Source: Octopus vulgaris
Lineage: Eukaryota
Length of the DNA stretch: 64,000 bases
Assembly: GCA_951406725.2 (NCBI GenBank)
Contig: OX597815.1
Location: 121,706,001 to 121,770,000, forward strand
Direction: 5' to 3'
A program made the position numbers and the translations under genes. Shown here piece by piece: positions 36,668-50,244 of this stretch. Below the pieces are notes generated by a model. It was not told the DNA's origin, did not search any database, and saw nothing but the letters and a program-made list of their open reading frames with translations. Every line of letters begins with the position of its first letter. The first letter of the stretch is position 1.

Positions 36668-38652
36668 TACATCATTTACATTTCACGGATATTTGTCCTG
36701 ATCTTGTTTGATTGATATACTCTCCAGCCTTCATCAGGTTTCTTGGGAAAATTTCGAACCTGTTGTTGTCGCCGTCATAATAATAATAATGACGGCGACA
36801 ACAACAGGTTCGAAATTGAACTCAGAATTTTGGGGTTAGTAGCCCGCACTTTTAACCACTACGCCATATGCCAGTGGGCAATTATGGAGTGAATTTTAGG
36901 GCTTATAAATATAATATTTTCCTATCCTTCTTTAATACCAGTTCCCATATGCTATTCATATCTGCACTCGGTCTGCTTAGGAGGTTGTTGCGTTCTAGCA
37001 TATGTGCTGCTTCTTTCAGTTTTTGTATTTCCCAGTGGTGTTCTCTGTCTATTATTTTAACTTCATCCCACAGGGGAAGGTGATCTCCATTTTTCCATAC
37101 ATGATCAAGTATACCCGATTTATCAATATCTCCTTGTGTCACAGCTTTGCAATGTTCCTCTACCCTTATTTGGGGGGGGGGCATGCTTCACCTTTGTATA
37201 ACCTACTACAGCTGCATGGGATGGAGTACACACAGTTTTTTAGTCATATTCTCTTCTATTGGTGGTTTTACTCGAAGGAGATATTTGCGAAGTGTTGTAT
37301 TACTCTTGAATACTGTCCTGATATCATATGGGCCGCATATGTTTTGTATCTTTTTGGAGAGGCCTTTCACATAGGGTAGACAGACTGTGGACAGTTTATC
37401 GGTTTCATCCCCTCTTTTCTTCATAATTGGAGTGGAGAGTATGCTTTTGGTGTAGTTGTTGCTTAATAGATTGTTACTGAGCTTGATCATTTCTTTGTGG
37501 TGGGTATCACGATCGCTACTTATATTCTTTGCTTGATGTTGTAGGCACTGAGCAATCCCTCTCTTTACACTGTATGGATGGTGGGAGTTGAAGTTGAGGT
37601 ATCATCCAGTGAAGGTCAGTTTGTGGTATGCAGATGTCCTGAATCCGTACTTGGTGCATGTTATTAATACATCCAGGAATGCAAGCTGATTGTCTTTTTC
37701 CTTTTCCATTGTGAACTGTATAGATAGCTTTACTGAGTTCACATGACCTAATAGCTCTTAGACAACTTCCTGGTGGGGCCATAGTATAAGGGTGTCATCA
37801 GCATATTGCAGCTACAGGGTTGGTTTTAGTGATGTTGATCCTAAAGCCAAATTCTCAAAGTATTCCATGTATATAATGGTGAACCCATAGCTAAACACTC
37901 TTCTTGTCAATATATATCAGTGTCCATACTGAAGTAGGTAGTTTCTACACAGAAGGTCGACATTTCCATCGAGTTTCTTCTTGTTTAACTAGTGTATTCT
38001 TTTAGATGGGTGTCTGTCACTAGTTTTTCTTGAATCACCGATAGTGCTTCACCAGTTGGGACTTTAGTGAACAGACTTATCACGTCTAGACTCACCATAT
38101 GGTTGGATTCCATGGGGATATCCTTGGTCAATTCTGTGAAGTGGGTGGAATTCTCCACATACGATATTGACTTTCCTGGTAATGGACTGATTATATCTAC
38201 AAGGAAGTGACTCTGTGGATGATATTCTGAACCTCTACAGCTCACTATAAGTTTTAATGGAATACCATCCTTTTGAATCTTAGGGAGACCATACATGTGA
38301 GGTAGTTTACTGTAGTATTGAGTCAGTTGTCTGTACTTCATTGGTGTAAAGTGATCCTTGGTTCTTAATCAAGATCTGTGACAACTTCCTCTCTGTTTTC
38401 AGAGATGGATCTTTCTTTGCTTTGCTGTAGCTACCATCACTTATAAGACTTGCCAATTTTTCCAAGTAGTCAGACTTGTTCATCACCATTGTAGCATTTC
38501 CCTTGTCCGCTGGAAATATTATGATGGAATTGTCCCTCTGTAATCTTTTGATAGTGAACTTTTCTTCTTAGTCTGGGATGTCTTCGCCATTTCAAATTCT
38601 AGATCTTGTTGGATTCTCTTTCTATCGTCATCTCTGGTTATTTAATATGTCC
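36668..38652 (-). mobile_element. 5'-truncated Penelope-like retroelement (RT and GIY-YIG), decayed
   Basis: DKGNATMVMNKSDY, LPHMYGLPKIQKDGIPL, MVSLDVISLFTKVP, AMGSP, YADDT, LPYVKGLS, CVYSIPCSC..LYKGE, RVEEH. A 12-bp TSD agaagatacttg (36656-36667, 38653-38664) splits a minus-strand SINE. Confidence 0.93.
36815..36872 (-). promoter_or_regulatory. tRNA-derived segment with Pol III A/B-box-like motifs inside the Penelope 3' end
   Basis: Minus strand ggcataTGGCGTAGTGGttaaaagtgcGGGctactaaCCCcaaaattctgaGTTCAAtt. No acceptor-stem 3' strand, so not a tRNA gene. Confidence 0.6.
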
Positions 38653-38944
38653 AGAAGATACTTGCTCAAGGTGTCATGCAGTGGGACTGAACCTGGAACC
38701 ATGTGGTTAGTAAGCAAGCTACTTACCATAGCCACTCCTATGCCTATGATAATAACAAAAGAAAAGAAATTTAAATATTGTTGTAGTGGTATTTAATTAC
38801 TCCTGATACTTCAGGTTAAGAACTAAGACCTTAAGAGAATAAAAGATAGAAAAAGTAATGATGCATCCATTATGATGGTGTGTTCAAGCATTGGAATATC
38901 TGAGTTATCATATGTGTAGAAATGTAGACATTGGAAGTGTATAT

Positions 38945-39087
38945 TATGTTCTGAAGGCTGTTGAACATTGGGAAGAAGTTGTAAACAACAAGAGTGAATA
39001 CACTATTGATTAATTAGTTGTTATTTTTATTAAATCATTTAAAAATTTAAATTTAAAAAAACGGCGGGAACTTAGTTGCCAACCCAA
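38945..39087 (+). mobile_element. Mariner 3' end fragment
   Basis: VEHWEEVVNNKSEYTID* (mariner C-terminus) followed by TIR-like gggaacttagttgccaacccaa-TA. Confidence 0.7.
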
Positions 39088-42000
39088 TATATATGGCATG
39101 GATTGAATGGATCTCATTTGCATATACACATGAAACTATGACATTCTTGACCCTCGATTCCCTTTCGTAAGTTTCTATTGATTCACAATAATAAATTCTG
39201 TGTGACAAAATAACTCTATTAATTGATAACAGTTTCTATTAAAGGAAATAAAACTTCTGCTCACTGTTGCCGTATGGGCTTTTTAGAATGTCATTTTTAT
39301 CAATTGAAGTATTCAGTATTGAACCTTAATTCCACTCATTCCCTTATTCTCCTATATCGCCAACATCATTAAAGATAGATTGAATGCTACACAATCTCAT
39401 ATTCTTCCCTTATAATTGTATGGCTTAGTTTCTTAATAAGAAATTTATATCAAATACTTGTGTCAATGTTTGTATGTAATCTGAGAGCATGCCATTGTGC
39501 TTCCATTGTATCAGTAGGATTTTCACTTTTGTTCTTCTCACATTTATTTACCAATCATCAGTGTGAGCACTATTTTGGAAATGTTTTCCTTCTGTTCTTA
39601 CCCTCTCTTTTGTTAGCGTTGCATCTTGGTCGAGTAATAATATTATATCATTGAGGTTTTATGAATCGAGCACTTTTTTCATTGTGCTTTCATTGGATTT
39701 TATTTCCTTTTATTTGTTGCCCTCATGTTTTTTGGCTCTGGTATACAATAAAATGCATTTGGCATTCTCACTGGCCACTGCTTGGAGAAATTTTCATCTT
39801 CCTCTGATATTTATTGTATTTTTAACACAGCATGTCCATTAGAGATATTACCTCAGGACAAATACTACAGAAGCTGGCCAATGGGCAGTGTGTATGATAC
39901 ATGGATGACTGTTGTAATTCTTTATACACTTTTTAATTGTAGTTCTTTTCCCTGTGCATTGTTTTTTATAGAAATAATGATTTTATTTTTCAAGATTTGT
40001 ATCTACTTTAATTTTTTGCCAACTTTTTTGCCTTCTTTAAGTCAGGAGTCAAACTTTTGAGCATTACTTCTAAATCTTTCAACATCAATTATGGGAATAC
40101 CTGCTCCTTCTAGAGCGATTTCCATTCCCTTCTTTTCGCAGTTTAAATTATATTATTCTTGGATCATTATACCCATTATTTTCTAGTCATTTCATGATTT
40201 TTAGAGACACTGTTGTTTTCTGTTTCATTTTAATTCCAAAATGCCTCCTAAATTGGTATTTATGATTCATTACTTTGTTTTACCTTTCCTTGTGTAATTC
40301 TTCCAACTATTATTATTTAATCACTACTTCCATCTCCTTGAGTCATTCACCTAATTGTTCCAATTTGGTCGCCTGCTTACATTAAAATTAGGTTCTCTCT
40401 TACAAATTATTCTGTCTAAAAGTACATTTCAGAACTATTTACTGTTCTTAATACCATAGATGCAATTAGGGTGTATCTTATACTGTCATTGAGTCTTCTA
40501 GAAACAGCAATCAAACCTCTTTCTACTCACACCTCACTATCTTTAAAAATAGCAAAACAACACATTGGATAATATATTCCTTGGTATACTATGTCTGAAA
40601 CAAAAGACGGGAAGGTTACAGCTGGCATACTTTTAGTGCCTTGCTTGATTAAAGCCAACCTTGGGCTAAATAACAAGTATTGATCTTGCACTTGTTCATT
40701 CTATATCAGGGCTGTTGCTTTCAGTTTAAGTTTCAACTTTTAAACTGGATTGTCATCATTTTCATTGTTGTCATCATTGTCATAATCATCATCATTATCA
40801 TCATCTACTTTTCCATGTTCACATGTGAAAGCAAATTGAACCTTCATACAATCATTCATTTATGTCTTTGTTATAGCTGCACCAAAGCCAAAGACAACTA
40901 GTCTCTTTATTCATTACTTTAAATCAGTCTTAATCAAACTTTGACAATTATATTTCATTATATTCTTCACTCATAGAATAATTCCATTTTTCTCTCTATC
41001 TTCTTATTTTGTCTTGTTTTTCCATTTCATTTTTCATGCAACATTCTTCATATAATATTCTCTTTTAGATCTGAAAGATACTTTGGACTATTGTGTCATC
41101 AGTGTTTTCTTCTATAGCAAATATCCTAACACATGGTTTGATCTAATTCATTTGTAATTTTATTTATTCATTCTTAAATGCTGTTGCTGTTTATCAATAA
41201 TTAATTCTCAATTTGCATTTCCTTTCATCAGTCATGTAGTATTGTCTGCTGCTCTCTTTCACGCCAGACACTATCTTATCTTTATTATCTCCATTAATTT
41301 CACCAATCATTTTATCATTATTCACTGGTTCATTTTCTTTGATTATTCTTAATTTCATATTCCACCAGGAACAATACTTCATAGTGAAACAATAAAATAT
41401 TCAAAATACTATAAACTATGAACCCAATGTATATTATACTGACAATTATATACTCTATGTTGACATAGTTTATTACATAACTATGACTAAACCAAATATA
41501 TTATATCTTACTTATAAGATATAACAAATTATTACATATTTCAAACTACATTTCATTTGATGTATTATTATTATCATTATTATTTCTTTTAATATTTAAT
41601 TCATTAGAATTCTAAAATTATAATTATAAGTGATAGATCATTATTGGCTGGTGATCTCATATTCTGGTAATCTCTTACATCTTGAAGTTTATTTTATTGC
41701 TTTTATAATTCTCTCTTAATTAACCTTCAAAATAATTTTCCAGATAAAACTATTTCGTTGTCCATAGTTCATATTTTTTGTTGAACTGTTAATATAAAAT
41801 CTGGTATTATAAGCAGCAGGTATGCTCTTATATTTAATCATATCTAATGAGATTTAAAAGAATATCAAATATCTTTTTTAACTGTATACTCTCTTAAGTA
41901 CAACTTGTTAACCGTATTGATTGAGAAAATCACCACAACATGTTATCTAACTGAATATATGAGAATTACATCTTACTGATAGAATCACATTTCTTTTTCT

Positions 42001-42845
42001 TTTACTCTTCATCATATTTTGCAGATTATTTCTTTTTATGAACCAAGTACTGAATACTTCAGTTATTGATTACACATTTCAATAACAGTTAATTAACAAC
42101 CTCCAGATAACTAGATCAAGTGAAAATGTTTTTGTTAATTAAGATTGAACTTTTTTTTTATTCTGGTGTCAGGCATTTTTGCTAATTCAATCCATTCTAA
42201 CTGAATATATTCTATTATAACTCATATACAGTATCTACTTTTTAATGAACCATCAAATTAGGCTTCTTCTTGTGCTTATATCATTTTAGTTTATGTAACT
42301 AACATTGCTTATCTTTTCTTATTCTAATGATCTTCAAACTTCAAGTTGTTTCAATTTTATGACTTGTCAAGTAGTCTTCATTGTGTTTAGACCATATGTT
42401 ATCTTTCACTTCACACTTGCCAGGATTGTGAAATATATATATTTCAAATTTTTATATTACATTATTAATATAAAATTCCAGATGTCTGAAAAAGTATGTT
42501 AATGCCAAAGGATATGAAAATGATTGTGACTTGTATTATGTTTATGTTTTCAATATACCTTTATCTAAAGTTTACACACTAGACCATGACTTTGTTTATT
42601 TAATAAAGAAATATTTTTGCTGAATAGCAAAGAAAATAGTTTAAGGATACCTACATGTTTTCTATACTAACTTTTCATTGCAGAAAAAAAACCAAAATGA
42701 TAATTTTACTGTCTGGCAGAATGAATTATACATAAACTAGTTACTCTAGTATTCAAAATTTAAACATTTTATCTCTGAATTCTAATGTTATTTAAAAAAT
42801 AAAGTAGTAATTCATGGTATGGTGAGTATTATTAATCATGGTAAT

Positions 42846-42886
<41 letters not shown>

Positions 42887-45800
42887 ATGTAAAATTCTTA
42901 AGTATACTTCAACATGTATATTTATAAGCATTTGTTAGGTTTATCTCAGTAAGAGAAGGAAAATAAAATTTTAGATGAAAGATATTCAATGTTCATTTTT
43001 TTACCATTTTTTTATGAAATAAAATATCTGAAAAGAACTATATTTTCACTATGAATATTTTAAAATTGAATTTTTTTTTAAAGAAAAGTACTGGTAGTTG
43101 ACAAACATTTACAAATCTTCGTAATATAAAAAGGCTTCTTTTATTTGGCTTAGGTATTAAAGTTCTGATCACTATATGTGTATTCTGTGAAGATAAATTT
43201 TGATCAAATAGTCACATTGTGAACAAGTTTGTCTACATTTCATTCTCTGAAATCTGATAGTAAGTAAAAACCAAGTGTCTTTGTAGTTAGTTGATAATAG
43301 TTCAAGAGTTTAAATACAATCATCAGAATCTATACAAATTTGCAGCCTTTTCAGTTTTGTGAGTCTCAAAACTAATTGCCTTCATGTAGAGCATAAACAG
43401 AATAGCCTCGTTGCAGCCATCCCTTTATAATCTCTATAAAAATTAGTGTTGCCTCTCATAATAATAGATGGAGTTGGCCATTAAGAGTGTGTAGTGTATC
43501 ATAGACTGTTAACTTTCCAACTGATAATCCACTACACAAACAGTAGAAACATCCATTCATTTTCTCTGTCACTATTTCAGAGAGGATCATGGGGTAAGAG
43601 CCCTCAACCATCTCTTCTATAGGGTCCCATCAAAAACAATCATCATTACACTTTCTAGCTGGATTCTCAAGCATGACCAACTAGAACTATGGATATTATC
43701 CTACTATTTCATTCATAGTCTACCCCAAGTCTCCTAACACTTGGCTCAGCTTGAAAACTCTGTCTTACAATACTTTCCCAGGACATTCTAACCATGTGTC
43801 TGTTGTGTCAGAGCTGTGACCTCTCAGTTAAGAGAAGTAGTGATTCAACCTGGGGAGACTCCCTAATTTCTGAGTTACACATCCTGTCGAGTAATGTTAG
43901 TCTAGAGATCCTTTGGAAGAACCCCATTTTGGCCACTTATATTCACAATTGTTCAACCACAAAAATGTTATCTGGTTTTTACCATGAAAATGTCAAATGT
44001 CAAAAAGAAAACTGATTTTCCACAGAAGGTAATTTTGTCCCTCTTTCACAGATCAATATTGATTGTGATTTTAGCTAAGTAGAGCCTGAATTTTATACTC
44101 AGCCCATTCTTCACACAAGTTCTCTAATAGATGAAGAAATGTTCTGGAGTGTAATCTTCTTGTCACTAACCAGTCATTTTAGATGTATACAAAGTTTGTT
44201 TCAAGCTAACATTATGATGCCTTAACAACACTAGTGGAGGTAGATAAAGAATAATTCAGTTGTGAAGGCAATTTTATCAACTGAAATATTCTTCACATGC
44301 AAACATGAATATATAAACATATTCACTGACTACTTGCTACCTTGTTTCTGAACTGTGACATTTGAATATATTATTTTGAATATGCAGGCAGCCTAATACT
44401 GTCTTTATAATATAAACCCAGGATAGAAAAATAGTGAAAAGGAAAACAATTTCATTAATTCATAAGACTCTAACTTATGTCACTTGTTCTATTCTTGTTC
44501 TGTAGGCATTGTTTGATTTTTCATTGTGATCCTTGACTTAATTTATTGTAAATAAACTGAAAATTTGAAATATATTTGATCTCCCTAGGGATAAGAAAAC
44601 ACCACTAATTTTCAAAGTGTATGTGTAATAGTGTGCACGCACACACACGCACACACACAAATACACCAAAACTCGTAAGTGAACCATTACAAAAATAAAA
44701 TCTTGATCTCTGTTCAAGATTAGTGATTAAATGGTCATCGGTTCAAATCTTGATAAAAGCATTGGGTCATGTTTTTTGAATAAGCAAAGCATTATTTTAC
44801 TTGACACTAGACAAATTCCACTCCTAAACTTCAATTCTAATCAAATATACTATTTCAAGTAAATTTTACCAAGTCCAAATTAAATTAGCTAGTGATAAAT
44901 ATTTTTTCTTTTGTTTTCTTAGAGACAGAAGATTGGTCAAATTTTATTTTGGAACCTAAATCTGTAACTGTGGAATTATATGTAATAAAGAATCAAATGT
45001 GGACTACAAAGTTTATGTGTGTGAGTGTGTGTGTGTGAAAGAGAGAGAAGCTATGCAGCTTGCATTTTCTGTAAGGTATCCAGTTAACTTCCTATTTTAT
45101 CAAATGGTAATCAAGGAAATGAAAATATTTTGAAAAACTTTTTTCTTTTAATTTTTGTATTTGGTTTGCAAGATACTTTATGTGAAGTGGTGTGTTGAAA
45201 TATTTCTGGTTATATCTCAAGATAGTCATGATGCCAGTACTAAACACACAGAATGGCTCTTTCACTTCTTTATTTTTTATTTGTCATTTGCTTAATCATT
45301 TAACCAATTAACTAACTGATTAACTGTTCAGTCAGTCAGTCAAACAGTTAGTTTTGTCAAAGTCTTTTCATCACCATGTGCAACCTCATCAGTGATATGT
45401 CATGTGACTTAATTGTGTAAACACAAATTCTTTAGAGGTATTTTTAAGATCATCATTTCTTGTAATATAGTTAAGCAATGTTATGATGGGCATAATTTTT
45501 TTTTATATTTTGCATTTAAATTGGCTTAGAATTGGAAGATTTGAAAGATTTCTTTGGTTTCAACTATTTTGGACCATATATCCACTAAAATTCTTTCATC
45601 AATAGAAACTATTATAAAGTGTAAAAGAATATATGCCATTTGAATATTTAAATTTTTATGGTATTCATGATCCTAGCTTGATTATACAAGGATTAAAATA
45701 ATCAGCTGAACTGGCTGGAAACCTTTACAAATACTAAATGGATATTTATATTGACAACATATTGATTCGAAAATTATATTTTCGTAAATATTTTTTTTTA

Positions 45801-48800
45801 CTTCTCTGTGTATCATTTGCAAATAATTTGTTTATTTTTAATTGTGTTTTATATGTTTTGATATATTTTAGTTATCTTAAATATAGAAGGCTATTTTACA
45901 TTTTAAATAGACAGGTTGTTCAGTAAATGCATATTATAAACAAGTTTCTTAAGTGTTCATTTAAAATGTATATCATGTGCAAGCATAGCTGTGACTGTAT
46001 GGTGAAGCTATTTGCTTCACAAACATGTGGTCTTGACTCACTGCATGGCATCTTGGACAAGTGCCTTCTGTAGCTTCAGCTGGCCACTGCCTTGAGAGTA
46101 TACATGGTAGATGGAGATGCATACATGTATATGTGTGTGAAGGTGCATGGCCTAGTGGTTAAGGTGTTGCACTCACAATTGCTAGATTGTGGGTTTGATT
46201 CCTGGACTGCATGGTGCATTGTATTCTTGAGCAAAACACTTCATGTTGCCCCAGTCTACTCAGCTATAAATGGATAACCCTGTGATGACCAGCGGTGATG
46301 TTGGCCTGCTTGCCTAGGCAGCAGGGTGGCAACATTCTAAGGCGAAAACAATGTGAAGCACATTGGGACCAGCAATGTATAACAACATGCAATAGTCTTG
46401 TCAATACCAAGATACTGTGATATGTGTGTGTGTGTGTGTGTTTGCTCATGTTTCTGTGTCTGTCCTTTACATACTTGAAAAAACTGTTTAGGTCCACTAA
46501 TTTAGCAGTTAAACAAAGGAAGATCATTAAGACAGGTACCAGACTTGAAAGTATGCACTGGCATCAATAAGTTCAACTAAAATCTTTCATGGTTGTGCCC
46601 CAGCATGGCCACTTTCCCATGACTTACACAAAATTATTGTTCTTCATCTGTTGGATTTGACAATACATTCCTTTAGGTTAAAATAATAGGCACTACAAGT
46701 GGCTCTGTTGAATCAACCAGGCCTTTTTCATCAAATATAAAAATCACCTTTATTTAGTCAAAATAATAATATTATCCATTTTCATTTTAGCTGTTTGTAT
46801 ATTGAAACCTTTGAAATGGTTCAATGCACAAAGCATGAAAATTCCTAGAGCATGTCAGACTAAAGCTTTGTGGGAACTTATACTTGATAAACATTTTGTT
46901 TTATATTTTAGTAGATAGATAAGTATGGATAACTGATTGTCCGAGCACTCATGACTCACTCAGGAAAATGTGTGTTTAAATCAGTATGAAATTGCTGTAT
47001 TATTATTTTTATTTTATTTTATTGTTATTTTTTTTGCCATGTCTGCAAATATAGTTGTACAGTTGTCTAAACATGGAAAATAAATATCCTTTCAATGATA
47101 AATATAGAAATAAGCACTTTGCATTAACTGTCAATGCCTTTTTATGTTATTGAACATTTTTCAATAGAAATATGTTGGTTTCACATCCAGATTAATGGTG
47201 TTCAAAAAACTGCATACACCATGCAGTATCTGAAACTATTTTTTCCCCTCTTTGTATTAAATACTACAAAGAATTCAAAGAAAGTGACATTTTGGCATTT
47301 TCTGGATTTTTTCTCTCTCATTTTCGTTTTCTTTTCTTTTTTTATCCCCCACCCCCCTCACACAAAAATTAATGCTTATTCCAAATCTCTTTGGATTTGT
47401 TTTTCTTAAAATTTCCTGTCTCCCTGGTGTAAATACAATTCAAACCTAAATACCAGTCCTATAATAGTTACTGTTTCAAACAGTCAATAGCTTAGTTTTT
47501 AAAAATGCACATTGCAACATATTAAAAATTAATGCATTACAGGATAATTTGTATATTGAGTTAGGCTGAAAGAAAACAAGTAAAGAAATCTCCATTAACC
47601 ACAAAATGTACATTGGCATTAGATATTGGCAACAACTATAAAGTAATATTGGTGATTAAGACTCTTCACTTTAAAGATGTATCTTGCTGTTTGTTTTTTC
47701 TAAAGCACTTCTTTAAGTGAAAGTTGGATAGCAGCATTTGATGGAATTAAATGTTCTATAAGTATTGCGATATAGATGTTTTTAGTCTACTTGCAATACA
47801 CATAATGTATAAAAAGCATGAGCACATCTCTCTTTCACTGCATTTTTTTTTTTTGCATTTCTATGGTTAATAATAAATGGTTAGCAATGCTTTAGGTAAA
47901 ATCAATTCTGTGTATGCACACACATATGCATAACTATTATGTGTCATGTTTCTAGGGAAAGAATGGAGACTGGTTGGTGTTCATGCCTTTCATGTGATTA
48001 CAGCTTGCTAATCACTTTTCTGATAATATAAATGAGAGATTCATTCACTTGTTTGTTTTGTGTATATGTGTTTGAACTGGAAAAAAAGTACCTTTTCAGG
48101 CAGCGGGGTTCACATGAAAGGAAGGTGGGGGTAGCACCCAATCTTGTTATTACACAATGTGGCCAAAACTCACATAATGCCAATATTTTTTGATAAAAAG
48201 AACTGAACTTGCAGATATATTTGGAAATGTGAGGTTTTGTATAAAACTAAAATATGGACATTGCTGCCTACGCTTACATTATTTTCATCACCGTCTTTTA
48301 ATATTCTTGTATAATGCTCAGTATTTAATATATTCAGAATGAATTTTTCCTAAGCTCTCTTTCTGATGGCTTGGCTCTTAGTATCTAATCTTAATAACGT
48401 TTATATTTTCTTGTTATTTTGAAGATAATTTGTTGGCCTGTTTGTAATTATTTTGTTTAATTACTAATAATGACATAACTTTGTTGCTATTAAGCTGGTA
48501 TTTGAAACCTAAATTAACCTGAAATTTTGATGGAAGATTTTAATTTAGATCACTGTAAAAGCAGAAGTTTTAATCATAGAACCAATTGCAGTCTCATGTG
48601 AATTGACATAAAAATGGTTAAATATACTATTTTAAACTATTAACAACAGTATGCTAGGTTGGATTTAGACTATTTTGAGTTCATTTGTATAAATGGGATA
48701 TTGTTTGTTTACAATTGTTTCTCTTTTCATTCATTCATGTCCATATTCTCCCTGCTAGCATGGGTTAGATGCAGACTTATTTATTCAAGGTAGCAACTTT

Positions 48801-50244
48801 AGAACTGGATGTCCCTCCTGCCACTAACCCTTTCCTATTTTCAAGTAAGGGGTTTTGTTTTTATTCCACTGACAACATTTGAATGTACAGAGTGATTGGT
48901 CTTGACAACATGGAATGCAAACTCAGTCAGTTTTAGCAGTCCATTTGGCAGTTTTAGCAACCCATTTGGCTCTCAGTGCTACTTCAAGTCCAGCCTCATC
49001 AGTTAATACCAGAATAGCTCATGATATAAGAATCACAGAGAGAACAAGGGTTCTATAGAACTATAGTGCAGATAACCTGATACACTTGTACATATCAGTC
49101 AGGGAAGTTTGAAACTAACCCATCTTTGCAAACAATAAACACTCTTATCTCTAATAAGAAATGTATCACATCCACATAAATTAATAAGCTAGTAATTAAT
49201 TTTTCAATATTTGTTTTTGTTATTTGTTTGGACTTTTTTTTATTTCATTGCCTATTACACTTTTATCAATTTTTTTTTAAAGAAGGAATTTTGTATTTGT
49301 TATCGTTTACTTTCTTCAGTCACTGGACTGCAGCCATGCTGGGCACCACTGTAAAGGATTTTAATCAAACAAATCAACTGTAGTACTTATGTTTAAAGTT
49401 TGGTACTTATTCTATCAGTATCTTTTGCCAAACCACTAAGTTATGAGGATGTAAACAAGCCAATATAAATTGTTAAGAGTGGGATGGGTAACAAATGCAA
49501 ACACAAATATATGATGGGCATCCACACTGTTTCTGTTAACCAAATTCATTAACAATGCATTGGTTGATCTGGAGCTATAGTAGAAGACACGTGCCCAAAC
49601 TGTGCAGTGGAACTGAACCTGAAACCATGTAGTTGCAAAGCTATCTTCTTAACCACATAAACATGCCTGTGTCCATTGGTGCAATTTTTTTTTTTTTCTT
49701 TTTTTGTTGATGGCTGGCTAAGTTTGGTTTTCTCAAGCAGATAGATGACATAGTAATAGTTAAACAAGCAAGGCAGTTGCTTTCTTTTCAACTATATCCA
49801 TACCATGTTTTCCTTAATTAGCATAAACTTGAGAATCTAAGAAAATTAGGGCTGATACATGTCAGTAATATTTAGTAAAGAAGAGAATTTTAATGAGCCA
49901 TGAAGCTCATTAATGCCATGGTGTGTGTAGATGATAATGTTCCAGTCCTTGTTTAATAACTTTGTCTTGAGGTCTTTAGAGAATAATGATCGAGGTCTTG
50001 TTTTGGATTTTTTTCTTCATCTTAGAATAGAAAAGAAGAAAGAAAGAGAGAAAACAGATGATGTTGTCATTAGGGCTGGAGGAAAGTAAAAATTGTTTTC
50101 TAGCATTAGAAGTTTGAGAGAAATTTGTGGGAATTTAATTGATATACTGACTAGTTAAAGAATTGTCTTAATTAGCTTATGTCTAACAGAATTGTGTTAT
50201 TGTTGCTTTGTAACCCTAGGATAGCCCTTGTTGAGCAAATGGGC

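Noticed and set aside
36815-36872. Possible tRNA gene with ACT anticodon
   Set aside because: No 3' T-arm or acceptor stem, and it lies within a retroelement; tRNA-derived only.
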